Positions 38,885 through 50,959 of a stretch of 64,000 bases of DNA are shown here, piece by piece; the first letter of the stretch is position 1, and each line of letters starts with the position of its first letter. A model generated the notes under the pieces. The model was not told where the DNA came from, ran no database searches, and saw nothing but the letters and a program-made list of their open reading frames with translations. The position numbers and the translations under genes were made by a program. This DNA comes from Euprymna scolopes. Taxonomy: Eukaryota. The stretch lies in NCBI GenBank assembly GCA_053919585.1, contig CM132818.1; one strand, written 5' to 3'.

Positions 38885-40040
38885 TTGCATTTCAGCAGTA
38901 AAGATAGAAGCATTGTGAGATAGTCTTAGATTTGTTTTTGTTCCTAAACTCTAGTGACCGCTGCTCCAACTCATCTGCATAAGTTTGCAGCCTTTTAAAG
39001 TATGACTCATAAGCTGCACTATAAATTAGGCTGGCATAATCTAATTTTGATCCAATTAATGCTGTGTATAGGAATAATTTCATTTTAACTCCTCAGTCAG
39101 TTTTAGAAACGACTTTAAGAGATTTAAACTTTTAATACATTTTTGTTTTACATACTGTGTAGAACTTTCAATTTAATTTGCTTTTGAAAATAATTATTTA
39201 ATTTGTTGAACTGGTTATTATTCATTTTGAGTTTGGATCAGGATATGCTTCGTTACAGAAGTGTAAGTTTTGTTTACCAACTGTCTTTCTGCATTTGATA
39301 TGTGTGTGGATGACCAGAAAATAGGAAAGTCCTCCACAAATAGTGATTTCTCAAATTCATGATTAACCACCTAGATAACATCATATTATAAAGAGTGTTA
39401 ATGATAAAATGGTGTCCTGAAATACTTCCATTTCTCGTGAAGTTTAAATATTATTGGTTTATTTCTAACTCTGAAAATATATTTTGAGAGAAAATTTTGT
39501 ATAAATGTAGTTTGTCTACCTTTTAAGCCTGTTCTACTTCTTTCATGCTTCCATGCCGTGTTGTAGGCCTTCTCAAGATGGAAAAGGCCTGCACTAACAT
39601 GATGTCTTCATATAAAGCCATCTCTGATAAAGGTGTCAAGTCACACTAGTTGATCAGTAGTACTTCGGTTTTGTCGAAAAACATTTTGATATTCTGATAT
39701 ATATTGATATTTCTCTATATAATTTTCAATCTTTCATTTACCATTTTCTCCATGTCTTTACATAGACAGTGAAATAGATCAATAGTTTATTGGGATTGTT
39801 GATGCATCTTTTCTGATTTGCTATGATTATAGCTCCATGCTATGTTTTCGGAAATATCTACTACATCTTATTAAAATCTCTATTTTTAGAGGTTTTGCTG
39901 GTAATTGTTCCAGAAATCGATAGTGTACATTATATCATCTAGTTGTATTATGAGATTTTCTCAGAGTTTTTCAGTTAAGTAATAATGAATGGAAAGTTGT
40001 AATTTTCTGTATTGCCTGATATTTTGATCTTTCAACAATG
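38885..40040 (-). mobile_element. Degenerate I-group (Nimb/Ingi-like) LINE RT fragment
   Basis: LYTALIGSKLDYASLIY motif, shared with the 51-54 kb element; DLEKAY-like remnant near 39565. Confidence 0.55.
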
Positions 40041-40230
40041 CTTCCGATTTTTTGAAACATAAGATTCCATATTATTTTGATTATTCAGATTACTGTTCTT
40101 ATCTTGATTGTTATTCGTGTATTTGTTACGGTAGATGTAATCTCCGACCTTCTTCAGGTGTATCTTGTCAAACTCTGAAATCTGTATAAAATTTTGAACA
40201 AAACCCTTTATTTAATCCACAAGTATAGCA
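40040..40230 (-). mobile_element. Old, diverged relative of the Penelope-like terminal at 23.6-24.0 kb
   Basis: tcttgattgttatt, ccgaccttcttcaggtg (CACCUGAAGAAGG core remnant) and aaccctttatt occur in the same order as in the 23.6 kb arm. Confidence 0.45.
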
Positions 40231-41698
40231 TGCTCACATTAAGTCAACCATAACTAGATAGAAGTCCTAAGTGTATTTCGAGTGTCACCTGCACTGAGGA
40301 TTGAACCTTCAACTCCCAGAAAAGTGTAACGTACAACTGAATTTTATCAAGTACTTTATCCAGTATGCCACCGGTCTGCAATTATAGTTTTGGTGTGAGC
40401 CGTGGGGTTTTCAGTTTTCGACACTGAGGGTTTAGCGTCTGTTTTACCTCATGATCAGTTGAGCTAATTTGTTTTTCTTTGCTTATCTTTTTCTTATCAT
40501 CTAGTACTTGAGGTGGTGGTGTTTTTTTTCTTTCATGCAAGTTTTCTTTTTGCTGTTTTTGTTTTATTATTCATATTCTTTTAGATTTATCTGAAATTTT
40601 AACCATTTGTTATGATTCAGTTTGATTATCTTTTCGATGAGTTTTCTGTATTGATTGTTGAAATGTTATAATGCTTGGGCTTGTGGATGCCTGATTGTAA
40701 GAAAAAGAACAGAACACAGATTAATAATTAACAGCTTGGTCATTGTGTAGCTGGATCCCAAGTCTTATTTTCCTTTTATATATATCATTTCAGGGGCAAG
40801 TAACTCTTTTGGGATTTATGTCCCTTTGATTGCAACATTACACCCCTCGCATTTTTGGTAGAATGCATTGTCCTCTCTTTTTTTTTTTTTTATATATTAC
40901 TTCATTATAAAGTTTTTGAGTCTTTTTAATGATGTTTTGTCTCAGAAGTTGGCCAGTAATTGTGGTTGTGAGTGTCCCCAGTGCTCTTTTTGCAAGTCAG
41001 ACTTCTGGGTTGCACTTGAGCTCACGCGCTTGAACAGAGAAGAGTTTCTGGTGACTTGATGGTTTCCTCTCTGCACAGTGATCATGTTGCCCTTTTTTTG
41101 TAACCTCACCCAGAACTTGTTTCAATATACAATTATCTTAAAGCCTTTTCTTCTAACTTTAGAAGATACACATCCCTGTAGAATTTGTTCCAGATTCTCC
41201 CGGTCAGTATTTTCAAAATCAAGCATTGAAGCCAACACCCATAGCCTTGTATGGTACAAGTCTAGACTTTTATTCGAGCTTTGCATGACCCGTTGAAAAT
41301 TGAAAATTTCAGATGAAGTGGGTTTTTTTTGAGGTGTGAAATAGTTGGTTAGTGACTTTATCATTTCATATTCATTTGATATTATTGAGCCATGTTCATG
41401 AAACTGTTGCTTTTAAACCCTTAATATCTCATCATTGTTGCTAGATGAAATGTAATGCCTTCACTCACAAGTCTCAGATTGTAAGAAAAAAAACAAAACA
41501 GAACACAGATTGAAAATTAACTAAAGTCTGCTCATTGTGTAACTGGGCCCTAAATCTTATTTTCCTTTTATATAGAGTAGAACCCTGGGATACAGTGGCC
41601 CTAGGATACATTTTTTTTTTCAGGTTACAATGTGGAATACAATGTTTTCCAGCCTCTGGTTACGGTATTTACTCTGCCTTATGGTGTTTTTCATAATC

Positions 41699-43889
41699 TT
41701 TTTTTTTTTTTTTTTTTTTTTTTACAAAGGCATCACCACATTATCAAGGCCCAGAGGCCACTCAAGGATAAGGGTTAAAGAGTGTACAGTAGAAGTTGGT
41801 CAATATAGTAATCATTAGTAATGAAAATTTGGTAAATTTAATAACTTATATGGAACGGCTCATCAAGAACTTATTTACTTTAGACTTGAACAAAACCATA
41901 TTGTAGTCAGCCGGAAAGCAGGAAAACGGAAGACAATTCCACAGGCGTGCAGTTCTAAGAAAGAAGCTTTGTTCATGGAATCTACGTTTAGGTTTAGGCA
42001 CAGATAAAGAGTGGGGGAAATTATTGATAGTGTTTACAGCTAGACGAGTGTTTCTTGTGAAAGTTTGGCGAGGGGGGACCATAGATTGAAGCTCAGTTGA
42101 ACACTTTCCATGAAAATAACGATACATCAGAGACAAACTCGCAACATCTCTTCTGTGAGATAGAGGTTGCAAGGAGGAGAAAAGGACATCTCCTACGAGG
42201 CTACGAAGTCTATTTTGAACTCTATCAAGGCAGGACAAGTTCTTTCTAGCAGCTCCTGCCCAGATGTGGCAACAGTATTCCATCCTTGGACGTACCTGGC
42301 TCTTATATAGATAGAGAATAGCATCAGCAGTGAGATATCTACTGGATCGATAGAAAGATCCCACCATTTTTCCAGCGGCCTTGGCAACAGATTTGATATA
42401 CGTGTTCCATTTAAGATCAGGAGTAATGGTCAAGCCCAGAAGCTTGTCAAAACTTGAGGCCTCCTGAAGACGAGAGCCATTCATTTCAACTGATGACAAA
42501 TGTGGATTAGAATGTTGATGATGTAAAGAGAGAAGCTTGGTTTTAGATGCATTAAAAGTAACCAGCCACTCCTTTCCCCATTGTACTACGTGCTCAAGAT
42601 CAGAGGAGAGAGAATTGGAGAGAACTTGCTCGTTTACTGTCTTAGATGTGGTACCATAAATGGTAGTGTCGTCAGCATAAATGTCTACAAATGATGTAAG
42701 GATATGATTTGGAAGATCATTAATGTAGATCAGGAAAAGAGTTGGGCCCAGGATGGATCCCTGAGGGACACCGGCATTAATATTGTGAGCTTCTGATTTT
42801 TGCCCCTCAACTACTACTCTTATGAATCTATCAGAAAGAAATGATTTAATAATTGAGAAGACTTTTCCAGCTATACCATAGCTAGCGATCTTATGAAGTA
42901 AACCTTTATGCCATACCCTATCAAAGGCTTTAGATATGTCAAGAGCAATTGCCCTAGAAAGATTGCCACCGTCGAGAGATTTGCTAATCCTATGCGATAT
43001 AACTGTAAGGACATCTGCTGTAGATCTAGCAGAACGGAAACCATATTGAGTGTCACTAAGAAGGTTATTTTTGTTGAGATGTTTGATTACTTCTGTATTT
43101 AATACAGATTCTAGCAACTTACTCATGACGCACAGGAGACTTATTGGCCTGTACTGAGAGGGGGATGAGCGATCACCTGAATTCTTAAATACAGGGCATA
43201 CTGATGAGATTTTCCAGGGAGATGGGAAACTATTCTCCTTAAGACAACGTTTAAACAGTTTTGTAAGTATGGGCGCTAGTTCAGGTTGAAGTTTTTTGAG
43301 TACTATAATTGGAATACCATCAGGGCCAGTTGCTTTACTGGAATCAAGGTTTTTGATTAGCTTGGCAACATCACGTACAGATATACGTATATCACATAGC
43401 GTGTTTTCTGATACAAGAGGAAATATTGGGGGTTGGCGGTCTTGGTCGCAAAGGGTAGAATTAGCTGCAAAGTTCTTGACAAAGAGTTTGGCTTTGTCTG
43501 ATGCTGACGAGATTACCTCAGATCCATTGATAATAGTTGGGATGGAGCACACGCTTCTGTTCAGGATTCTGTTTGCTATTTGCCAAAACTGGTGGGAACC
43601 AAGCCGCTGCTCAGCTACTTTGGACTTAACAGATTGAGCATACAACTCTCTTGCGTTCCTTATTACTTTCTTACAATGGTTGCTGGCAGTCCTGAAAACG
43701 GCTTTAGTTTCCATACATCTATTACGTTTGAAGCAGTGGAAAAAGTGATTTCTGTGCGCAATGGCAGCAGCACATTCTGGAGAGAACCATGGCTGGCTGT
43801 TAGGTTTTTGCTGAAATTTTTTAGAGGGTATGAAATGGTCAATACCTACAATTAACCATTCAGTTAGGTCTAATACTATAGAGGACACA
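41699..43889 (-). mobile_element. Young 5'-truncated non-LTR retrotransposon (CR1/L2/Jockey-group) with 3' UTR and poly(A)
   Basis: Intact RT ORF, ~120-nt 3' UTR, poly(A) at 41699-41723; endonuclease domain missing. Confidence 0.93.
41846..43888 (-). CDS. LINE ORF2 fragment: reverse transcriptase (680 aa, uninterrupted)
   Basis: KATGPDGI, YRPISLL, QYGFR, LDISKAFDRV, GVPQGSILGP and YADD motifs. Confidence 0.95.
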   Translation of the reverse strand: MSSIVLDLTEWLIVGIDHFIPSKKFQQKPNSQPWFSPECAAAIAHRNHFFHCFKRNRCMETKAVFRTASNHCKKVIRNARELYAQSVKSKVAEQRLGSHQFWQIANRILNRSVCSIPTIINGSEVISSASDKAKLFVKNFAANSTLCDQDRQPPIFPLVSENTLCDIRISVRDVAKLIKNLDSSKATGPDGIPIIVLKKLQPELAPILTKLFKRCLKENSFPSPWKISSVCPVFKNSGDRSSPSQYRPISLLCVMSKLLESVLNTEVIKHLNKNNLLSDTQYGFRSARSTADVLTVISHRISKSLDGGNLSRAIALDISKAFDRVWHKGLLHKIASYGIAGKVFSIIKSFLSDRFIRVVVEGQKSEAHNINAGVPQGSILGPTLFLIYINDLPNHILTSFVDIYADDTTIYGTTSKTVNEQVLSNSLSSDLEHVVQWGKEWLVTFNASKTKLLSLHHQHSNPHLSSVEMNGSRLQEASSFDKLLGLTITPDLKWNTYIKSVAKAAGKMVGSFYRSSRYLTADAILYLYKSQVRPRMEYCCHIWAGAARKNLSCLDRVQNRLRSLVGDVLFSSLQPLSHRRDVASLSLMYRYFHGKCSTELQSMVPPRQTFTRNTRLAVNTINNFPHSLSVPKPKRRFHEQSFFLRTARLWNCLPFSCFPADYNMVLFKSKVNKFLMSRSI

Positions 43890-45215
43890 TCCTTCTTTTT
43901 TGATTATATGCGTATTATATACTGTACTGTATTTTTTTACTAATTTGTAATGCCGTATCCTGGGGTTCTACTGTATATCATTTAAGGAGTAGATAGCTCT
44001 TTTGGAATTTTTGTTTCTGATTGCAACATTACAATTATTTCATTTTGTTGGTTTTGGTCATTTCTGCATGTGTTTTATTTTTTTTAAAGTAAGATTCAAC
44101 AATTTTCTTTGCTTCTAGGAAGAATATAATTCTTTTATTTTACTTCTATAATTTCTTTTTATTCAATTTTGCAGCTTTTACAATAAACTGGGTGTTTAAA
44201 AAAACAAATTTTATTATTGTAGAGCTTTTCCATTTTTGACAGGTTTGGGACATTTTTGTTTACTTCAACAAGGTTTTCAGTTTTTTTTTTTTTAACTGAC
44301 TCTGGGTTACTCTTACTAAGTATTTTTTTCAATTATGGTGATAATTCACTCATTTTTTTCTAGTAATTCGATTACTAAGAATTGTAAGAAATTCTTAGGG
44401 AGGCTGGTTATTTTGGGGTTGTATATTTTCTTTTAGCTTTTTTTTTCTTTCTTATTTCATCACCCTGACTTCCCATTACCTCGGAGCTCTTTGTAAAAAG
44501 TGGCAGGAGAAAAACTCATTCACCCTAACACAAAATACGAGGATGACATACTTTGGTTTGGTGGAACACTGAGCAATCGTTTTCGATTGATTTTACTTTT
44601 TGGGGTTTAAGAAAAATGTTTCAAATGTCACAGCCATATTTATGTTTTTTTTTCATAACCAACTGATCCCAAGTCATCTACCATATTTGTGTGTATGTGT
44701 GTGTGGAGGGGTGGTTGATTAGTATTAGTTATTAGGAGTTGGAATCAAAATATTAGTTATTGTGAGTAGCTTGGTGTAGCTTTTATATGGTGAGGCATGA
44801 CTGATCGAATCTGGCCTCTTTGACTACTTATCTAGCCAAGGTAAAGACGAAAGTGGTGTGCTGCAATGCACATATCCACTTTCCTAGGTTATGGATTGCT
44901 CAGCAACCAAGATCTTATCCTTAAGCATAACAAGTTGCCAACTATGGCAAATTGGTGGTTCCATTGTGTGTGTGGGGGAGAGAGAGAAAAAAAGAGAGAA
45001 AAATTGTTTTTGGTTTTGCAGAACAGAATGAAATTTAGCAAACAGAAAAGAAAAAGCAATAACATCAATATTTAGTGCATTTTAGGTCAGGAGGCTGGTA
45101 TCTTCAGACTGCCTAATTTGGTAACACCAGTAGAGAGATAGCTAGGAGGTAGATAGAGATATCTAAAGAGAAAGGGATAGAGAAAGAGCTAGAGATATAG
45201 ACAGAAGGAACTTAC

Positions 45216-45323
45216 CTGTCCCCAGATGAGGGCACCAATTCCCAGGAGTAGACACCACAACCATTGGTCCAAACTCAATCCTTTGGTACTAAATGCAAAG
45301 CCTCCCACTTCAATAATAATAAC
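45216..45323 (-). CDS. PMCA: PMCA exon: VIIIEVGGFAFSTKGLSLDQWLWCLLLGIGALIWGQ (TM9-TM10), not in ORF track
   Basis: Hand translation gives the PMCA QWLWC..G.G.L.WGQ motif; ttatag|G acceptor, CAG|gtaagt donor; 108 nt in frame. Confidence 0.96.
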
Positions 45324-46090
45324 CTATAATAAATAACAACAATAAACAATATTTTTTAAGCTTACTTCTATTCACTTATCAGAGTTTACTAAAATCAAAG
45401 AAAATCCACAAAAGTTATGTAAATTAAATTCTTATTAACTTTCCCGATAAACAAAAACAATAAACTTTACTTCCTAACTTACCACAAAGCTTTCTAATTA
45501 AATTCACTTGGAAAACACTTTTTTAAAAACAATACTTATAGAACTGCTGATTGATGTTAGCTTTGCTTGGATATATACTGAACTGATCAAATGGCAGGTG
45601 GAGGGCTTAGAAAAAAACAATTCAAAATATATTAAAAGTCACATCCTATTTAAGGATACACAACACTTCCATTTCTTAAAGCTGTTACCACCTCCTAAGG
45701 ATGTGAACTATAGATTGAAGTTTGGGAAGCATACACATTGTATCAGTCTATGTTGTTAAGCAGATCAAATCATGTTCTTTGTAAGTACAGCAGAAACCAT
45801 CAATTAAGTTGAATTGAATTACTGATGATATTGTTTGGTCATTTGCATAAAATAAAATTAACAATTTTAAAAAAATTGTTTACATGTGAAGACAGACATT
45901 TTTAAAGTAAAGTTAATTATCAAATAATACAAAAAAAAACTAAGTCTTCCAATATTCAGGCTGAATTCATTCAAGATCTGACTGTTTTTCTAAACCTTCA
46001 ACCCTATCCCAGACTCCACAACCCTAGTAAAAGCATTAACAAAACTAGTCTTGAAAACAGATTGATGTTCATGCATGCAAATTACTTAGC

Positions 46091-46238
46091 GAGACCCGGA
46101 TATAAGATATTTATAACCTTTAGGGGACTCTCTTATATCCGGGTTGCAGTGTACATTAACGCAGGCTCTAATTTGGGTCCAGAAAAAAAAAAAAAAAAAA
46201 AAAACTCATATTCTGGCCTCTTATATCCGGGTACACTG
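46091..46238. mobile_element. Partial Tigger-like MITE
   Basis: Repeated cccggatataaga/tcttatatccggg motifs and a terminal ccgggtacactg. Confidence 0.55.
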
Positions 46239-47379
46239 ACCTACAGAAACACGACTGAGCACAAAATTTTTGGTTAAAATCAGCTAATATATTTCCTAAT
46301 TGCCGGCGTAGCGCTACTGGAAGCGGTGACAAGGTAACTCAGTTCCTTCACTTTTATTGTTCTTCAGTATTTCTATTGTGAAGTGATTTATTGAAATAAA
46401 ATAGAAGAAAAGGACATCATTGAAAAGTATACAATAAAAATTAACAAAATTATGCAGATAAAAATAACAGTCTTTATTTGCACTTTTAATAACAAAATTT
46501 AAGAAATAAAAGCTTTTTTTTTTAAAAATTTTATAAGAAATATGTTTATGAAAAAAAAAAAAATGCTTTTATATATTAAATATATAGTACTGTTTTGGTG
46601 ATGCACAGTTCAGTGGCTGGCATTACTTCATAAACTAAATAGTTCATTATTTAAAAAGATTTTAGAAAGTGTTTTCGATTTTTTTAAAAAAGAACCCAAA
46701 AAATGTTTTCAATCATTCTTAAAAAAATTAAACTAATTTCAATAATTCTTAATTAAAATAATATCACAAAAAACTTTTCAATGATTATTAAATAAAAAAA
46801 GAATAAGAAAAATGTAAAAGTACATGCACAGAGGAGATATAGGCATAAAAGAAAAAAGCGAAGGAACTGATGTGACGAGTCACTGCTTCAAGTAGTGCTA
46901 CATCGGAAATACAGAAGTGTGTTAATTGACTATAACCAAATTTTTTCCTATTGTAAATAGCCACTTGACAAGGAAAACATTATGGTTGCTGTAAATTCAG
47001 TAAGTGTACATCTCTATCATAATAATCACTTTGCATGAGATAGCTGCTGCTTGTTTATATTGGTGATCTTTTAAACCAACATGTTTCAGGTGAAAAGATT
47101 ATATTTACGTGCCATGTTGAAATTAGTATACCCCCCCTCTCCCACACCAAATAATTACAAATTAAAAGCGAATTTATCGACTTATCGAGTTTTATTATAT
47201 GTGAAAGAGTTCAGTATGACAAACAAGGGAGATACCCCTTGGCTTAAATTAAGGATTCGTCATTTTTAAAAAACAAAAGAAAAAAAAAAGATCTCAGAAC
47301 TTAATTGTGGATGATCTTTCATTAAAACTACACCAAGTTTTTTTTGTAATTTATATTAATTTTTACATGATATATATGT

Positions 47380-47617
47380 AATGTTTTCACCTGAAATACA
47401 TTGGTTTCAAAGATCACCAACTCTCTTAAAATCCAACATAAACAAATTCCCAATAAACCACTCCCTTAAGACACTTTATCAAATCTCCATTACTAACGAT
47501 TACTACAATATTATCCCACTGATTACTGTATACGCAATAACCCTTATCCCCGAGTGGCTTCCGGGCCTTGATAAGTGGTGACTACCATGTAAAAAAAAAA
47601 AAAAAAAAAAAAAAAAA
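47380..47617 (+). mobile_element. Short LINE 3' end with poly(A)
   Basis: cccttatccccgagtggcttccgggccttgataagtggtg followed by an A tail; homologous to the 13490-13730 copy in the opposite orientation. Confidence 0.75.
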
Positions 47618-49576
47618 TCAATTCACACAAGCACGAGATATCTCTCTAGAGGTTTCTTTGTCTTGAATCATTATCTTACACTGAACATTTATAGATTGTG
47701 ATACAATTTGTTCAAATGTAAATGAATCGTTTTTCTACAATGGATAACTCAAATCAAACATTGGCACGCAGATGTAGACATTCATATGTAGTTCAAGCAA
47801 GTTCACAATAATACTAAAAATACAAATCTATATTAAGTTGGGTCCATTTAATTTGCATGTTTAGTGAGAAAATATTTCAAACTAAAATGTAACAGACTGA
47901 CAAAGCCTTATATAGAGACACATGGATATGCCTTAAATATGAAAAGATTTCATTCAATGAATTGTTAGGATGAATGGAATTATTTTTTTGTGTTAAATAT
48001 GCTGGAATTTATATAAAATAAATATTGTAACGACCAACTAAAACAATGGATAAGAGAAAAAGAAAAACAAACGGGAAAAAACAGTCATTTGGTGGAATTT
48101 TGTTTTATTACATATCAACCATTGTTGGATTATTTAATATGAAATCCATTCATTTTTGTAAATGCTGCAAGTTTTTTTTATATTTTTAATTCTTTTTTTT
48201 TTTTTACTTTAATTCATCCCAAACAGGGCATGTTACCACAGAAACAAAGGGGTTACAGCTAAATTAATAAGGGGCATCCTAAATAGGGAGTTGTGCAGCA
48301 AGATGTTTATTCAGAGTACATTCAAATTTCTGCATATTGGTGCAGTTAAGAAAAGTGAGGAAGGGAAAGAGAGAGAGAGAGAGAGAGAGAATTCCAAAGG
48401 TTAGCCGTTAGAAGGCTTTTTACTCGAATAGCTTCTTTCTTTAATCATTTGGGGACCTCCACAGTAAATGAATAAAATTTAGCTGATTGTTGGGTTATCA
48501 GCTGTATTTAAGTTGAGGGGTGTGGGGACGTGGCACCAAGTTTGTTGGAGCACATTCTATTGTGCTTGTAAAACAAGCACATATTGATTTCATGCTGTGT
48601 CTGTTTGATAGTTTTGTTTTGTGGCACATCAATCCTCTTGGGTTATCCAATATCAAATCTAGTCAATTTGGATAAAGTCTATGCTTTAGGTTATTAATAT
48701 TTCCAAGTATTCATTCATGGTAGAAATTTTGACACACATCACTGGATACAGTTTCATATCATAGGCAAGACAGATGTCACTATGGACAATGTCACCACAG
48801 GTCAGATGGACCTGGGAGTAATAGCAATGAAGTGGTGACTTAGCACTCCCTAAATTGGGGATTTAACACTTGATGCAGTTTAATGAAAGAAAGTGGAGGA
48901 ATCTATGTATTTCCAATAATATTAATGCACAAATCAACACTAATATACAACACAGGGCTTTACAGACAAATTTATTTTTAGTTAACCTTTAACAACTAAA
49001 TATTTTTGTTTACTAGCCAAATAGAAAAGTTACTAGCCAAACCCTCATGATTTTTGGAATATGACATCTTTGTTTCATGATGAGTACATACAAAGATTTT
49101 TTTCTGTAATTTTTTTTTTAAATAAGTGTAATTCTAAATATACAACAAATTTTATGTTAATACTTGAAGGTAAACACATTCTAATTTCTTCAGATGTTTT
49201 TTTTAAAAATAGCCTTCATAAAAAAAAGTATATTGTTCTATTAAACTTATTGTTTTAACAATTTAACTTTGTTGTATATATAAAAAAAAAAAAAGCTGAA
49301 AAGATATTTTTTCACTCAGTAGCAAGCTTTGGAAGATTATCAGTGAAAGAAATACTATCGCCAAAAGATAAGCTATTCATTATTTCTAGTCGCCACTTTG
49401 AAAAATCACTCACAAATGCGACCGTTTTACTCGCAATGTAGAGCCCTGCATTTGAACTCGACTCGCTAATTTCATAATCCACATGTATGTAAATTATGCT
49501 GTTCATGCATTTGTGAATTACAATCAAATAAACTGAAAAACTAAATGAACATGAAAAGACATTTTTTTTGTTTTAC

Positions 49577-49794
49577 CTGTGATATTAATGTTCCTATCCA
49601 TATTCCACAGAACACAGGATTTCTTCTAAGGCCTGATAAAATGTTACGCTGTCCATGAATTTTACGAGAATTAATCTCGTTGAATAATGTCATCATGACA
49701 AATGTGTTGAAGATGATGGTGAAATGTTGAGAGGGAGGCGAGTGTTTTTGTGTCTCTTCTAATCGTCCACTGTCAATATCCATAAGTTCAGCAC
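49577..49794 (-). CDS. PMCA: PMCA exon: (G)[10 protein letters not shown]...[30 protein letters not shown]...IWIGTLISQ (TM8-TM9)
   Basis: [25 protein letters not shown] motif; gtgcag|GT acceptor completes phase 1; CAG|gtaaaa donor; 218 nt. Confidence 0.98.
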
Positions 49795-50851
49795 CTGCAC
49801 GGAAAGAAAAGGAAAAAAAAAAAAAAAAAAAAAAAATTACCAATATTTTCTTCTATCATTGAAGTTTACACAAACAAAATTTACAAAACAATTAGATTTT
49901 CCAGTAGAACAATAGATTTTTAGCATAAATTATTTTATCAAAGTAAAAATAGCACTTGAGCAGAACATTTGAAGAATCAACTGGATGAATTTATAAATAA
50001 TGCCCTTATCCCCCCCCCCTCCAAATATTACATAGACAATTTGAGGGTATATCTGGTTAAGTATTAAAATAATTTCATCTCTATTCCTAACACATGTAAT
50101 TTTAGATATATAATAAAACTGGTATTTATTTTTGACAGTATTATGCTAATTTTTCTAGTGTTTGTACAGGTAATTTATTTAGACTGCAGGCTTAAAATAA
50201 ATTTAAGCCTGAGACTTATACAGGGTTTGAACCTGTGCCTCAAAAGAGGAACCATCTAACTCAGCTGATTAGTTAGTTGTACAAGTTTAGCATTTTATAA
50301 ACTTACTAGCGCATTAGTAAGGTGGTCTAAAACAACACCTGCGCGGGGTGATCTCTTGACGTAGTTTCAAATGCTGTACAAATCTCATTTTTAACTTCTG
50401 TGGTATTCTTTGGACTAAATAAATCACTTATCTAGTGAAATCACTCATGCAAACACAAGCATATAAAAGCAGTACAACATATTTATATAATCCAGGTTAA
50501 TATTTTTCAAAGGTGAAACAATTAATGAATTTAACAAGATTCATACAAGAGTACTCACCACTGAAGTAAAGCAAGATATACTTTTTATTTGTTTTATATA
50601 AGCATTTAAATGTTGATACAAATTCATGAGCATATTTTGATCAGCCAGTTAAAGACTCTACTTTTGTATAAGCAGTATGAAGAGGTCTCTAGTTACTTGT
50701 AACAACTGACTGACCAAAACATGCTCGGTTGATTGGTTGGTTTTAGAGCATAATTTTAATACTGAATCCAGCGATTTTGAAAAAAAAAAAAAATTATGTT
50801 CTAGATTTTTTATATCTTCAGGTATCTATTCATGGTGTTCTGTTTAGTTGT

Positions 50852-50887
<36 letters not shown>

Positions 50888-50959
50888 CAAAATCATTTTG
50901 GATTATGTTATGTTGAATTTAACCATTAAATTTTTTTTTGACTTGGGCTTCAAGGTATT

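Larger units (their letters stand above)
41575..43973. mobile_element. Tc1/mariner (pogo/Tigger-like) MITE with TA TSD, split by a LINE
   Basis: TIRs gagtagaaccctgggatac (41575-41593) and gtatcctggggttctactg (43955-43973), TA on both sides. Confidence 0.75.
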
